Shown: positions 1 to 13,089 of the stretch, piece by piece | How positions within the stretch are numbered: position 1 is the first letter of the stretch | Layout of the letters: the number at the start of each line of letters is the position of its first letter | DNA from: Octopus vulgaris | Lineage: Eukaryota | NCBI GenBank assembly: GCA_951406725.2 | Contig: OX597827.1 | Location: 77,872,001 to 77,936,000, forward strand | Length of the DNA: 64,000 nt | Direction: 5' to 3' | Translations under genes and position numbers: made by a program | Notes under the pieces: generated by a model | The model's database searches: none | What the model saw: only the letters and a program-made list of their open reading frames with translations | Told to the model about the DNA's origin: nothing

Positions 1-267
1 TCAGTATATCATAATTCTTTGGTTGTGCTGAGAAAAGAAAGAGAAAAAATATATAGAGAGAGAGAGAGAAAAAAAAAGAAGATAAAAAAAAAAAACAAAG
101 AAGAAGAACAGTTTTGAAAAAACAGAAACATAATTAAATGTGAAGACATAGAAATTATTATATGAAAAAAATAAGTCAATTAAGGAAACTAACAAATGAA
201 GGAATAACGAGGAAACGCTGTTTGAAGAAGGCCATTTGGTGAAGGATCGTTTGACATCGGCATTACA

Positions 268-2634
268 ATGTTTTCTGTGCATTCCCTGTATGGTAACATG
301 GGAAATGATTTCAACTTGGAATTCAGCATCGACAGCAGCCGTTTGATATGCGATCAGCCTGTCTTCCCTCAGAATGAACTCTACCACCAGCAGCTGCAGC
401 AGACGGGCAGTTTCTGCAGCGGTGGGAGCAACGGCGGCACCGTGAAACCGAAAGAAGAGAAATCAGTGTTTCCCATCGCGAACGATGGCTACACGATTAG
501 CCATAGCCTCGCTGGTAAAAGCCTCGTTAGCAACGACAGCCATCATAATGAGAAGCCGAGCAAAAGCAGCAACAGTGCCGGCAACAACAACAACAGCCAC
601 CACCACCACCACCACAACAACAACAATAATGTCAACCACGTTAACCACATCGCTGTCAGCTCTACCACCACCACCACTGCTAATGTTACAACTACAACTG
701 CAGCTACTACAAACAGTTCTGCTATTACTACTACTACTACTATTACTTCTACTTCTACTACATCTTCTACTACTACTACTAGTACTACCACTATTTCTAG
801 TGACTGTGTCGATGGTATGGGTTTAGGCCCGGACGACAGTAAGGACAGAAGCTGTTTCCTGAACGTTGGTAATAATGTCGACGAGGATTCGTTGTGTGAC
901 GAGGCCAGCATGAATGGCCTTGGTGCGGTCAGAGAGAGTTGGCTGGACAAGGACAACCACCTGAACAACAACAATCACCTGAACTGTAACAATAACATTA
1001 CGAACAGCTGGATAGGTTGTGATTTGAAAGAGAGAATAGCCATGGGCTGGATGAGTGGTAGTGTGAGTAGCAGTGATAGTATTGGTGGTGGTGGTGGTGG
1101 TGGTGGTGGTGGTGGTGGTCAGACAGTCGTGAAAACCGAAAGGACAGACTCGAAAGCCTTCAAGTGCCATCTCTGCCGTAAAGCATTCTCGCGACGTGCC
1201 AACCTGCGCAACCACGAGCGTGCGCACTGGAACGGCAAACAGCACTCGTGTCTTCATTGTGGCAAGCTCTTCTCACACCGTGCACACCTGGTCATCCACG
1301 AGCGAACTCACACTGGAGAGAAGCCATTCCTTTGCCCTGTGTGTCCGAAGCATTTTGCACAGAAGGTGCACCTTCAGAATCATGCGAGGACCCACACGGG
1401 CGAGAAACCTTACCGTTGCCGATACTGTACGAAAGCATTTGCTCAGAGGGACCACTTAAACAACCACGAACGTATCCATACCGGGGAGAAACCATTTACG
1501 TGTTTGAGGTGTTCAAAATCATTTACCCAACGTGGACACTTAAAGAACCACCAAAGAACGCACACGGGGGAGGCGCCCTACAAGTGCAGCTTGTGTTCAA
1601 AGGCGTTTGCACAGCGATCACACCTGAACAACCATGAGCGCACGCACAACGGTGGCGCTCACAGTCTTCATAGTAACATAAGCAACAGCAGCAATAGTAA
1701 CGACAGTTGCAGTGACGGACGATCGCACATGAATGATTCCGAACATCTCCACAACAACAACAACAACAACAACACCACCACCAACTCTCCCGTTTCGATG
1801 TATAACCGATGCTGCAGTGCAGTGAGTTGCACTTGCAGCTGTGGTGTGTGTGAGAGGTGTCGTGGTGTGCAGTTAGGGATTAAAGTTGAGGAGGACAGCA
1901 ATGATGGAATAGCAGAGTGCAGTAGCAGATGCGACTGCAGCAACAGCAGTGGCAGCTGCAGCAGCACGAGCTGTACCAGCAGCAACAGCTGCGCCAGCAA
2001 CAGCTGCAGCAGCAGCAACAATAGTTGCACCAGCAGCAACAGTTGTACAAGCAACAGCTGTAATAGTAACAGCTGCAGTTGCCCCAGTTGTCAGGGGCAA
2101 CCGCACCACAATCACCACCTGAACAGTAACAACAACAACAACAACAGCAACAATCATCACCCCCATCACAATCATCATCATCAGTGCAGTAACCACAGCT
2201 CGGGACAGCATCATCATCACCACCACCATCACCACCACCACCACCACAGGCATCACTTGCACAACCTCACGCAGAACTCGCTGACGTCGTTGCAGCTGGT
2301 CTCGCCCTCCACGTCGCTCTCGACGCCGCTGCTGTCGTCATCGTTGTCATCATCGTTGTCGTCGTCGTCGTGTGGAGTCACAGACGGAGGTGGCGGGGGA
2401 GGGCTGATGGGGTTCGGCGCCGACATCTGCAAGAAAGAATTCTGTTTCCAGTCATCAGACAACCTGTTCCCTAAGAAACAGGAACCAATCCTTCCCACCG
2501 ACATGAAGATGTTGACCTACGACATCTGTAAGAAGGTCCTCTCCCAGAAGACCACCCTGAAGAAGTGTAAACACACGAGCACGGGGGAGGTGCTTTACAG
2601 TGCCCTAAATCTCCTCTCTGGGTATAACCACTAA
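268..2634 (+). CDS. C2H2 (Kruppel-type) zinc-finger protein, 788 aa, single coding exon, six tandem fingers
   Basis: Six CxxC-x12-HxxxH fingers at about 1159-1647 with TGEKP-type linkers. In-frame stop at 223-225 upstream of the ATG. Poly-N/H/T/G tracts, a Cys/Ser-rich block and a degenerate C-terminal finger. Confidence 0.93.
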   Translation: MFSVHSLYGNMGNDFNLEFSIDSSRLICDQPVFPQNELYHQQLQQTGSFCSGGSNGGTVKPKEEKSVFPIANDGYTISHSLAGKSLVSNDSHHNEKPSKSSNSAGNNNNSHHHHHHNNNNNVNHVNHIAVSSTTTTTANVTTTTAATTNSSAITTTTTITSTSTTSSTTTTSTTTISSDCVDGMGLGPDDSKDRSCFLNVGNNVDEDSLCDEASMNGLGAVRESWLDKDNHLNNNNHLNCNNNITNSWIGCDLKERIAMGWMSGSVSSSDSIGGGGGGGGGGGGQTVVKTERTDSKAFKCHLCRKAFSRRANLRNHERAHWNGKQHSCLHCGKLFSHRAHLVIHERTHTGEKPFLCPVCPKHFAQKVHLQNHARTHTGEKPYRCRYCTKAFAQRDHLNNHERIHTGEKPFTCLRCSKSFTQRGHLKNHQRTHTGEAPYKCSLCSKAFAQRSHLNNHERTHNGGAHSLHSNISNSSNSNDSCSDGRSHMNDSEHLHNNNNNNNTTTNSPVSMYNRCCSAVSCTCSCGVCERCRGVQLGIKVEEDSNDGIAECSSRCDCSNSSGSCSSTSCTSSNSCASNSCSSSNNSCTSSNSCTSNSCNSNSCSCPSCQGQPHHNHHLNSNNNNNNSNNHHPHHNHHHQCSNHSSGQHHHHHHHHHHHHHRHHLHNLTQNSLTSLQLVSPSTSLSTPLLSSSLSSSLSSSSCGVTDGGGGGGLMGFGADICKKEFCFQSSDNLFPKKQEPILPTDMKMLTYDICKKVLSQKTTLKKCKHTSTGEVLYSALNLLSGYNH

Positions 2635-3496
2635 TGTGAAAGGGGGCTGGGACAACCCTGTAAACAGCCTGTGTCACACCCTGTCACACCATGATACAAC
2701 ACTACGTTACACTGTGTCCTGTGACACAACATCCCACGCTGCCCCACAACTCACCACCTTTGGGTAAATGAAAGTACCTCAGTGTGGTGACTCAACCTGC
2801 TAAAAATAGCAGTAGATCCTTCCTCAAATCACACTCATTTTATAAAAAGAAAACAGCAAAAAAAAAAATCAGGGGAAGGAAGGACATATTGACTGATGTA
2901 GTCCTAGATAGACTGTGTTAAAAAGAAAAAAAATGACGAAGAATGTTGTGGTTGAAAGGTTTCTGATCATAGTTGTGCTGGATCCAGTGTCACCTAGGGC
3001 TAAACAAAAACAGCAACGGCAGCACACTGCAGCTACAAGGTAGACTTGTGCATCGATCGTTGCTATTAGTGATAATGTTACGACTGCTGATGCTGGAGTA
3101 TGGGCAAGTTTACGGTGACACACGGGGTGTGGCGGCGGTGGTGGGTGCAGTGGGACAGTGTGGGGGTGTGGTGGCGGTGGTGGTGGTGGTGGTGGGTGAC
3201 GGGGGTGACTGACAGACAGACACAGGAACATGAACTGGGAAAGAAAACCGAGAATTTTTACAAAACTGCAAATAAAGGGAAAAAAAATGAAAAACAATGA
3301 TGATGATGATGATGATGATGATAATAATAATAATAATAATGAGGACGATGATTCCTTAGTGTGGCACAAAGCCAACAACAATGAGATTACTATTATAAAT
3401 AATAATAATAATAATAATGATAATAATCACAGTAATAATAATGTTAATAATCATATTGATGATGATGATGATGATGTTCACAACACAACAGCAAGC

Positions 3497-3527
<31 letters not shown>

Positions 3528-3568
3528 TGATGATTGTGATGATGACAATGTTGTTAATGTTGATGATG

Positions 3569-3599
<31 letters not shown>

Positions 3600-3807
3600 T
3601 GATGATGATGATGTAAATTTCTGTCTCGAAGAACGAGGGCAGTCAGTTCTGTATAGTGACACCCAGTATATTACTGGTATATTATATTTAATCAATGCCA
3701 ACCAACCAACCAACCCCATCCTCTCTCTCCACTCTGCCATCAGCCTCTTCTCCCCACCCACAACATCCATCTCCTCTCCCCACTCCTCAGTGATACTCTC
3801 TCTCCCC

Positions 3808-4118
3808 ATATGTGTATATATATATATATATGTATGTATGTATATATATATATGTATATATATGTATATATATATGTATATATATGTATGTATATATATA
3901 TGTATGTATATATGTATGTATATATATATGTATGTATATATATATGTATATATATATGTATGTATATATATATGTATATATATATGTATGTATATATATA
4001 TGTATATATATATGTATATATATATGTATGTATATATATATGTATATATATATGTATGTATATATATATGTATGTATATATATATGTATGTATATATATA
4101 TGTATGTATATATATATG

Positions 4119-4167
<49 letters not shown>

Positions 4168-4389
4168 GTATATATATATGTATGTATATATGTATGTATA
4201 TATATATGTATGTATATATGTATGTATATATATATGTATGTATATATTTATGTATGTATATATTTATGTATGTATATATTTATGTATGTATATATTTATG
4301 TATGTATATATTTATGTATGTATATATTTATGTATATATATATTTATGTATATATATATGTATATATATATTTATGTATATATATATAT
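3808..4389. repeat. (TA)n/(TATG)n compound microsatellite
   Basis: Read directly. Representative of many similar tracts, e.g. 17990-18540, 39920-40860, 41365-41750, 48655-48998. Confidence 0.95.
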
Positions 4390-4971
4390 AAAGACCAAGT
4401 TTGATTTGACAGGATTTGAACTGTAGTCACTTGTGCAACCATGCAACTGAAATTCAAATACTCTGGCAACCCATCCTATCCACCACATCACCATCTCTCT
4501 ACACCAACACAAGGACACTCACACCAGCTGAAGCAGCAGTTTTACTAGTAGTCATAATTGTAGTAGTAGTAGTAGTAGTAGTAGTGATGATAATAATAAT
4601 AATAATAATAATAATAATAGCAAAAGGGGCTGATTACTACCTAACTCAGATACTGGGAAACCCCAAAATGGCAGAAATTCAAAAGATAAGTGCTCATGGG
4701 AACTGCTCATATCCTGTGCAAAATACTTTCTATGTAATCTCAAGTTTTAAAACAAACAATTTTCATATGTTTTTTTTAGGCATTTACTAGTACAACACTA
4801 AATACAAAACCAAATATATGGCACACTAGGCATAACACCAATCTGAACTTCCAACTTGTTGTCTCTTGAGGTCTCTGGGTGAGACTTGGAGCCAACTTGT
4901 ACAAATGTAAAGCAAAAGTCAAACATAGAATAATAATAATAATAATAATAAAAATAATAATAATAATAATA

Positions 4972-5384
4972 AAAAGATGGACTACAGCAAATATTCTGCT
5001 CAGTACCACAGATTTGCTTGTCAGTTGCTTGACCTTAACCAGTTGAGCATGTCCCTTAGTGGCTGACGATATGTGCATCTCTGATCATGAGCAGAAGTAT
5101 TGGGGGAGCATCATAGCCATGTGTTGAGAGGGATTCTTTGGGGTGTGGATAATTCATCTCTGGAAACATGGGTGTTTTGTTCAATATCCTTAAACAACCC
5201 TTATTCAGGGACCTTTTGAGTGGGATGGGCTACTCGACCTGAAGAAAATTTTAACTGGGCCCCCGCCTGCAAGGTCATGTGCTGTCTATCTTGATATGAG
5301 ATCACCATGTCTTGCACATATGGTTGTGATGCATGTGCCTGGTGCACCCTTATTAGATGGGTATACTGGGCTGCTCTCTCACTC
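4972..5384. mobile_element. Unclassified interspersed repeat embedded in (TAA)n
   Basis: Closely similar copies at about 56715-56966 and 57120-57465. Flanked by TAA runs. Confidence 0.7.
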
Positions 5385-5618
5385 AATAATAATAATAGTG
5401 ATAATAATGATGTGGTGCAGGCATAGCTTGGTAGTTAAGAAGTTCCCTTTGTATCCACATGGTTTCAGGTTCAATTACATTGTGTGGTACCATAAGATTT
5501 TACAGTATCCTTCTGTAGCCCCAGGCCCACCAAAGTCTTGTGAGTGGATTTGCTTGACAGAAGCTGTTTGAAGCCCATTGTTTTTCTGTATGTATTTGAA
5601 TATATAAAAATATGTATA

Positions 5619-5990
5619 GGTGCAGGAGAGGCTGTGTAGTAAGAAGCTTGCTTCCCAACCACGTGGTTCCGGGTTCAGTCTCACTGCATGGTACCTTGGG
5701 CAAGTGTCCTCTACTATAGCCTTGGGCCGACCAAAGCCTTGTGAGTGAATGTGGTAGATAGAAACTGAAAGAAGCGTGTAGTATATATATATGTGTGTGT
5801 GTTTATTCCCCCACCCCACCATTGCTTGACAACCAGTGTTGTGTTTACATCCTCGTAACTTAGCGGTTCAGCAAAAAAGACCGATAGAATAAATATTAGG
5901 CTTACAAAGAATAAGTCCTGGGTCGATTTGTTCAACTTAAGGTGGTGCTCCAGCATGGCCACAGTCAAATGACTGAAACAAGTACAAGAA
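5619..5990 (+). mobile_element. tRNA-derived SINE, family A
   Basis: A/B-box-like head (GGCTGTGTAGT...GGGTTCAGTC) and the shared body ending CAAATGACTGAAACAAGTA. More than 10 full or partial copies in the window. Confidence 0.85.
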
Positions 5991-6744
5991 TATATATATA
6001 TATATATATACAGTAAGATGTAGCACAGGATCATGCTGAAAGGACATTTAACAAGCAGAAACAATACAATGGATGTGGACATGCTCACCCCTCATCGATT
6101 ATCTACCAGAAATCATCACAATTTTGATACCTTGATGATCTGTTGAATTCATACCCCAGTAACTTTTTGCGACTGGGGTATGAATGAGTGAACATGAAGG
6201 ATAGAATGAGACAAGTACACACATATATGTATGTCTATGTGTGTATACATGTATCTATATTTATATATACAAATCTATGAATATGTGTGTGTATGTATAT
6301 TTATATGTGCCTGTGTGATTGTTCACATCTGTACATCTTCATAAACTGCTGAGCTTCAAATGGTGACATTGTTGTCATTTAACCTGTCAATAAATCATCC
6401 ATTGGCTTACTTGGAAAACAGATAAGGGTCAGTGGCAGGAAAGGCATCCGGTTGTAAAATAGTACCTCTATAATGTATTCATCTAACCCATGCCCAGCAC
6501 AGAATAAGAGACATAACCACAGATGAGTGAATAATAAGTGGTCTTAATTTAGGGTACAAGGTGACCAATTTTGAGGGCTGGGGGTTCACTGACTCCAGTA
6601 TTTGACTTAATGGTAATAGTAATAATAATAACAATAATAATAATACTTTCTATTTTGGTTTTAATTTAGGGTGACCATTTTGAGGGCTGGGAGTTCATTG
6701 ACTCCAGTATTTGACTGAATGGTAATAATAATAATAATAATAAT

Positions 6745-6948
6745 TCTTTCTATTATAGGCACAAGGCCTGAAATTTGGGAGAGGGGGAGGGTCAATTGCA
6801 TCGTCTTGAGTAAGTAACTGGTACTCAACTTCATCAACCCCAAAAGGATGAAAGGCAAAGTTGACCCCAGCAGAATTTGAACTCAGAATGTCTTTAGGAC
6901 GGACGAAATGCCGTTAAGCATTCTGTACAGTGTGCTAACAATTCTGCC

Positions 6949-6950
<2 letters not shown>
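6745..6950 (-). mobile_element. tRNA-derived SINE, family B variant with ATT tail
   Basis: Family core CTTTGCCTTTCATCCTTT...AGTACCAG on the minus strand. Related copies near 9960, 11220, 11463, 15296, 30185, 31260, 61250, 61452 and 62285. Confidence 0.75.
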
Positions 6951-6984
<34 letters not shown>

Positions 6985-7350
6985 GGAATAATTGTTTCAA
7001 ATTTGGGGCTTAAAGCTTGTAATTTTTTTTTTTTTTTTTGTTAGGGAATTGATAGCCAATTATATTGACCCCAATTCTTGACCGATACTTTGTTTTATTA
7101 GCTCCTGAGAATGAAGGGCCGAGTTGACCTCAGTGAGACTGACAGGCAGAATGTATACATATATATATTATATATACATGATGATGTGTGTATATATATA
7201 TAAATGTAATATGTGACAATTATTTGGTAAATATATTTGTATATATATATATAGACAAAAATTATTATAATTATAAACAATTATAATTAGGGCTTAGCAA
7301 CATTACTGTATGTGTGTGTATGTATGTATGTATGTATGTATGTATGTATG

Positions 7351-7388
<38 letters not shown>

Positions 7389-8198
7389 CACACCACCTTA
7401 ACGGTTCTGTCAGGTCACAAAACTCATAATAATGATAATAATTCTCTCCTTATTAGCCTCAAGGGCTGCAAAAACGTTTAGGGCAGCACAAAAACAAAGG
7501 AGAAACAATAATCAAGTCATTTTCTTTATTTACCACAAGGGCAATAGAAATCATAACAGTAAAACAATTCTGGAGTTGAGAGGATCATGTGGTTGGAGCT
7601 TATGATGATGATGGTGATGGTGATGGTGATGGTGTTGGTGATGGTAGCTAAGATGATGGTGTTGGTGTCAGTGGTGTTGATGGTGATGAGAGGAGAAGCA
7701 GGGGAACAAGAAAGACAAGAGATGCTTGTAGAAAGACCAGCAGAAAAGGTCAAGAGGTCACAGAAATATTCTGCTGACACTGGACAAATAGGTTGTGATT
7801 TTCTTTGGACACTAATCGCAAGTAGTTTGTGACTTATGATATATATATATATATATATATACATATATACATAAACTTGGCATGACTATATATTTATATA
7901 CACCTCACACACACACACACATACATACACACGCATATATTTGTATACAGACTGTATGACCATATTATGTGTAAATATATGGGTAGGTCAGGAGGGGGTT
8001 CAGCAATGATAAATGCATACACACACACACACATGTTCACATATACACATACTGCATGTACACACACATGCTTGCAGATAGGCATATGTTCATAGATACA
8101 TACATATATATATACTTATATATTCTCAAACATACATACATAGACATGTGTGTGTATCTACACATATCCTTCTACCTATCTATCTGTCTATATATATA

Positions 8199-8247
<49 letters not shown>

Positions 8248-8323
8248 GTCTATGTAATTTATATATTATATATGTATATACATACATATATCTATAGATG
8301 TATGCACAGATACATACAATATA

Positions 8324-8361
<38 letters not shown>

Positions 8362-8520
8362 CACAAGGTGTATACCCAAATATATGTATATATTAATAAT
8401 TATATATTCCATATATAAGTGTGTATATATATATATATAAGTATGTAGTTTATATATTGTATATGTATATACATACGTATATCTATACATGTATGTACAG
8501 ATACATACAATATATATATG

Positions 8521-8552
<32 letters not shown>

Positions 8553-9185
8553 TATATAAACCACATTAAATGCTGACCAGTATATATATATGCGTGTGTG
8601 TGTGTAATATATTATACATGTGTGTACATACAGATATGTATGTGTGTATGCATGTATGTATATATGTAAGAATGCATGTATATAAAATTCATTTGAAGCT
8701 GGCGATCATTAACTTTCAGCTCTTGAATTAAAATAGCACTCCAATTTCTGTATTGAGTGCTACTTTTTCGATGTTAATATCATGGTGAACATGCATCAAC
8801 TCCTTCACATCTGTGCATATGTGTTTGGATATTTATATATGTATACATGTGAGCAAAAGGTCATACCTACATCCATATATATATATGTATATACACCATC
8901 ATATCTATGTGATATATATATGTATGTATGTATATATATATGTATGTATAGATATATTTATATGTGTGTGTTTGTATATATATATGTGTGTATATATATA
9001 TATGTGTGTGTGTATATATATATATATGTATATATATATTTAATGTATATATACATATTGTATGTACATTATATATATGTATATATATATTGTATGTATA
9101 TATATATGTGTGTGTGTATGTATATATAGACATTTATGCGTGTGTGTATATATATGTATATATAGATATATTTATATATGTGTGT

Positions 9186-9218
<33 letters not shown>

Positions 9219-9683
9219 TATATATTATCTATATATGTGCGTATGGGTGGATTTACATATACATGTGTCCCATAAGTCTGTCAGGTTTCAATTACAGATC
9301 AGTGCTAAATACTGCCTTATTTATGGGACATTCTATTTACACGAACGCAGTGACATTCATATGATACACACACACATACTACTACTATGGAGAGGTATTG
9401 AATACTTTCGTACTTGACAAATATATCATTTGTTTATATACATGCATACATATGTACATACAAAGTTACATGTCTACATACATACATACATGCATATATA
9501 TACAGTTATCTAAACATATATATATATATACATACAGATAAACACACATACACATAAGTACATGTATACATACATACATACATACATTATATATATGTAT
9601 GTATATATACATGCATATATATGTATGTATATACACACATAAATATGCTGCAATTGTATTACTGTATATTTGTATATGTGAAA

Positions 9684-9720
<37 letters not shown>

Positions 9721-10167
9721 ATATTTTAATTGAAGCCCTGTCTGAAATGAAATAAATATTATTGCCTACAACATGGCACCTGGGATATCTAGGACCCTGT
9801 ATTAGCTGATGCAACACTGATTCTTATAATAATAATAATGATAATAATAATAATAATAACAATATTGATGATGTTGTTGATTTCTTTATTTCATTTATTG
9901 TATTTTTTCTTTATATGTTTTTCTTTTTATTTGTAATAATAATTATTATTTCTAAATTTTGGCACAAGGCCAGCAGTTTTGAGGGGTCAATTAATCCATC
10001 CCTAGTGTTCAACTGGTACTTATTTCATTGGGTCTGGAAAGATGAAAGGCAAAGTCAACCTTAGCCACATTTGGACTCAGAGCATGAAGACAGATGTAAT
10101 GCTGTTAAGACTCCTGTTGAAGATACTAACAAGTCTACCAGTTCACTACCCTTAATAATAATGATAA

Positions 10168-10636
10168 GCAACAATACTATGGGATATACCAATACACACA
10201 GATAGAGAAATTAAGGCCAACAGGCCAGATATAGTTGTCAGAGATCATGAAGAAAAAAATGCTTTCTAATTGATGTATCAATACCAACAGATGACAACGT
10301 TTCTCTAAAAGAAATGGAGAAACTTTCAAATTACAAAGACCTGAATATAGAGGTAACTCGAATGTGGAATCTAAAAACAGAAACAATTCCTATCATAGTG
10401 GATGCATTAGATATGATAAAAAAATATTCAGACAAATACATAACAAAAACACCAGGACTTACAAATATATATAACATACAGAGAATAGCACTACTAGGCA
10501 CTGCACACATTCTACGCAAAACACTTTCAATACAGTAACCATCAGAGCATCACAACAAATCACAGCACATACCCAAGGCACACAGAGCTGCACTTGGTAA
10601 TACAGTGAAAGCACATTACAAAAATATGACTACTGA
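10168..10636 (+). mobile_element. 3' end of an R4/Dong-clade non-LTR retrotransposon (RLE endonuclease), 5'-truncated
   Basis: Translation ILWDIPIHTDREIKANRPDIVV..CFLIDVSIP..EKLSNYKDL..RMW..ALLGTAHILRK is a PD-(D/E)xK restriction-like endonuclease. A 1-nt frameshift lies in the A-run 10253-10259 and the stop is at 10538. TAA repeats flank both sides. Confidence 0.88.
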
Positions 10637-11901
10637 ATAATAATGATACTTTCTGTTATAGGCACAAGGCCTGAAATTGTATGGGAGGAGACTAATCGAG
10701 TACATAGACCCCAGGGCTTGACTGCTACATATTTTATGGACCCTGAAATGATGAAGCGAAAAGTTGAACTCAGAATGTTAAGTCAAAAGAAATTTTCTAA
10801 TTTATAGATCAGTGACTAGTTGTCACTTTGAAAACTTAATATTTTGAATGGGAATTTGGTAGTGCCACCTCTAGCCAAGCAATTATTCTGTGCTGATGAA
10901 GGAAAATAACCTGGAAATCATGATACACAGATATTGTTTTGAGCTGAGTGGGGGTACTAGATTCCCTTGTTTGAAAATATAAGGACACAGATTGTGTCAT
11001 ATAGCCAGCTGGAGGCAATGTCTCCTGGGGCTAAATTACAGCAACATTCATCCTAAACCAGGACTGCCATGTTATGTTGGCAAACAATCTTTACTCCAAA
11101 GTACTGTTGCTGAATATCTCTCATTGTGGGATTTAAAAATAGTAATTTTCTAAAGAAATGCTGTTATGCGTTTTATCTAATGAGTGATTCTGCTGACTCA
11201 CCACCTTAATAATCATAATAACCCTTTCTACTACAGGCACAAGGCCAGCAATGTTGGGGGAGGGGGATTGTCAATGACACTGACCCCAGTGCTCAACCGG
11301 TCCTTATTCCATTGACCCTGAAAGGATGAAAGGCAAAGTCAACCTCAGCAGTAATTGAACTCAGAATGTAAAGACAGATGAAATACTCTGAGTATTTCAC
11401 CTTGTATGCTAATCATCCTGTCAGCTTTGCCACCTTAATAATAGTAAGAATAATAATAATAATCCTTTCTACTATAGTCACAAGGCCTGAAATTTTTGGG
11501 GAAAGGACTAGTTGATTACTCGACCCCTGTGTTTCTCTGGTGCTTAATTTATCGACCCCGAAAGGATGAAAGTTGACCTTGGCGGAATTTTGAACATAGA
11601 ATATGGAGACAGACGAAATACCACTAAGCATTTTGCAGGAATAATAGTAACAAGATGTACCCGACGTGACCTGTTGGGTCAACCATTCCAAGTTGAAAAT
11701 GTTGATGCGCAATGAGAAATGAAAAAGTACCATTTTAAACCTCATACGACAAAATTCTTAAATAATAAAGTTCTCCTGCCTTTGGTGTGACAACAAAAAG
11801 ATGACCAAGTGTTTCTCCTTTGAAAACGTTCAAATTACCTTCAACTTTTTATTCCTTGCCATCTTCTTTGCTCATTCTTTGTTACTACTGTTCCAAGTAG
11901 T

Positions 11902-12287
11902 GGATGGAAGCACTCTGTCGGTTATGACGATGAGGGTTCCGGTTGATCCGATCAACGGAACAGCCTGCTCGTGAAATTAACGTGCAAGTGGCTGAGCACT
12001 CCACAGACACGTGTACCTTTAACGTAGTTCTCGGGGATATTCAGCGTGACACAGAGAGTGACAAGACCGGCCCTTTGAAATACGGGTACAACAGAAACAG
12101 GAAGTAAGAGTGTGAGAAAGTTGTGTTGAAAGAGTACAGCAGGGATCACCACCATCCCTGCCGGAGCCTTGTGGAGCTTTAGGTGTTTTCGCTCAATAAA
12201 CACTCACAACGCCCGGTCTGGGAATCGAAACCGCGATCCTACGACCGCGAGTCCGCTGCCCTAGCCACTGGGCCATTGCGCCTCCAC
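11902..12287 (-). mobile_element. tRNA-derived SINE, family D, inserted in the Helitron relic
   Basis: Head GTGGAGGCGCAATGGCCCAGTGG...GGTTTCGATTCCC. Closely similar to 26533-26909. Candidate TSD AAGTAGT at 11895-11901 and 12293-12299. Confidence 0.9.
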
Positions 12288-12808
12288 ATTGTAAGTAGTA
12301 AAATACACGGGTACTTCAGCATAAAGTAATGTTTTTGCAAAGTCATCATGGCTGCACAAAAATTAAACGAATTCTGTCAACGTTTTCCTCGTCTGTCGCT
12401 CATCGGCAGCCACATCTATCCTCATAATTTCTGAGCAATATTCTTTCTTCATCTGGTAATTGAACTTGCAGTCTCACTATTACAGGTGCTCTTTCATGAA
12501 TTGAAAATCCTAAAATGGATGCAACTGCTTCAGATGGTCCAATGTACGTAACCCATTAAATATTGACTAATTTCATTATCATTGTTCATTTGAACAGCAG
12601 CTTGGTCATTTCCCTTCAGAATGTACTTGATGACGTACTTTAATTGACCTCACCAAAGCAAACTTCTTTCAACATTGAAGGAGCATTATAACGTACAGCC
12701 CATTTGTTACTTGTTTTTCCATTCTCATGCGATTCATCTTCCCCCATTGCATCTGGTCTTCATCTATAATGAGATAATCTCTGGGTTTTTTTCGTTTCTT
12801 TTCTGCCT

Positions 12809-13089
12809 TTTGATTAAAATGATAAGGATTAATATTTTATTTTAAACAAAATAGTAGTTTTCCCCTTTAAGAAAAAAAAAAAATTAAATACTTGTGATTC
12901 AAAAAATATCTCATAGAAATATAGGGAGAATTTCTATCTTTCAAGTCTATAGCACTCGCAAGGAAAAAAAAGACGGACGTCGGTAGCTGAGACAACTCTT
13001 TCAAGTGTCGACATTTTTCAACTAGATTTTTTTTTTCTTAAAGGGGGAAAATGACTATTTTATTTGTAATCTTTATCATCTTAATCAAA
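12809..13089. mobile_element. MITE-like element with long imperfect terminal inverted repeats
   Basis: Left end TTTGATTAAAATGATAAGGATT...TTTTCCCCTTTAAGAAAAA is mirrored by TTTTTCTTAAAGGGGGAAAA...AATCTTTATCATCTTAATCAAA. Confidence 0.7.

Noticed and set aside
463-2677. Antisense and alternate-frame ORFs over the first gene, and 63184-63797 over the second
   Set aside because: Shadows of triplet-repeat-rich coding sequence with no domain signal.
3790-4426. Long YI/VC/HT/LSIY-rich ORFs here and throughout the track
   Set aside because: These are translations of TA, TG, CA and TCTA microsatellites that lack stop codons by composition.
12205-12287. tRNA-like sequences with A/B boxes
   Set aside because: They are heads of multi-copy SINEs continuing into family bodies with TSDs, not stand-alone tRNA genes.
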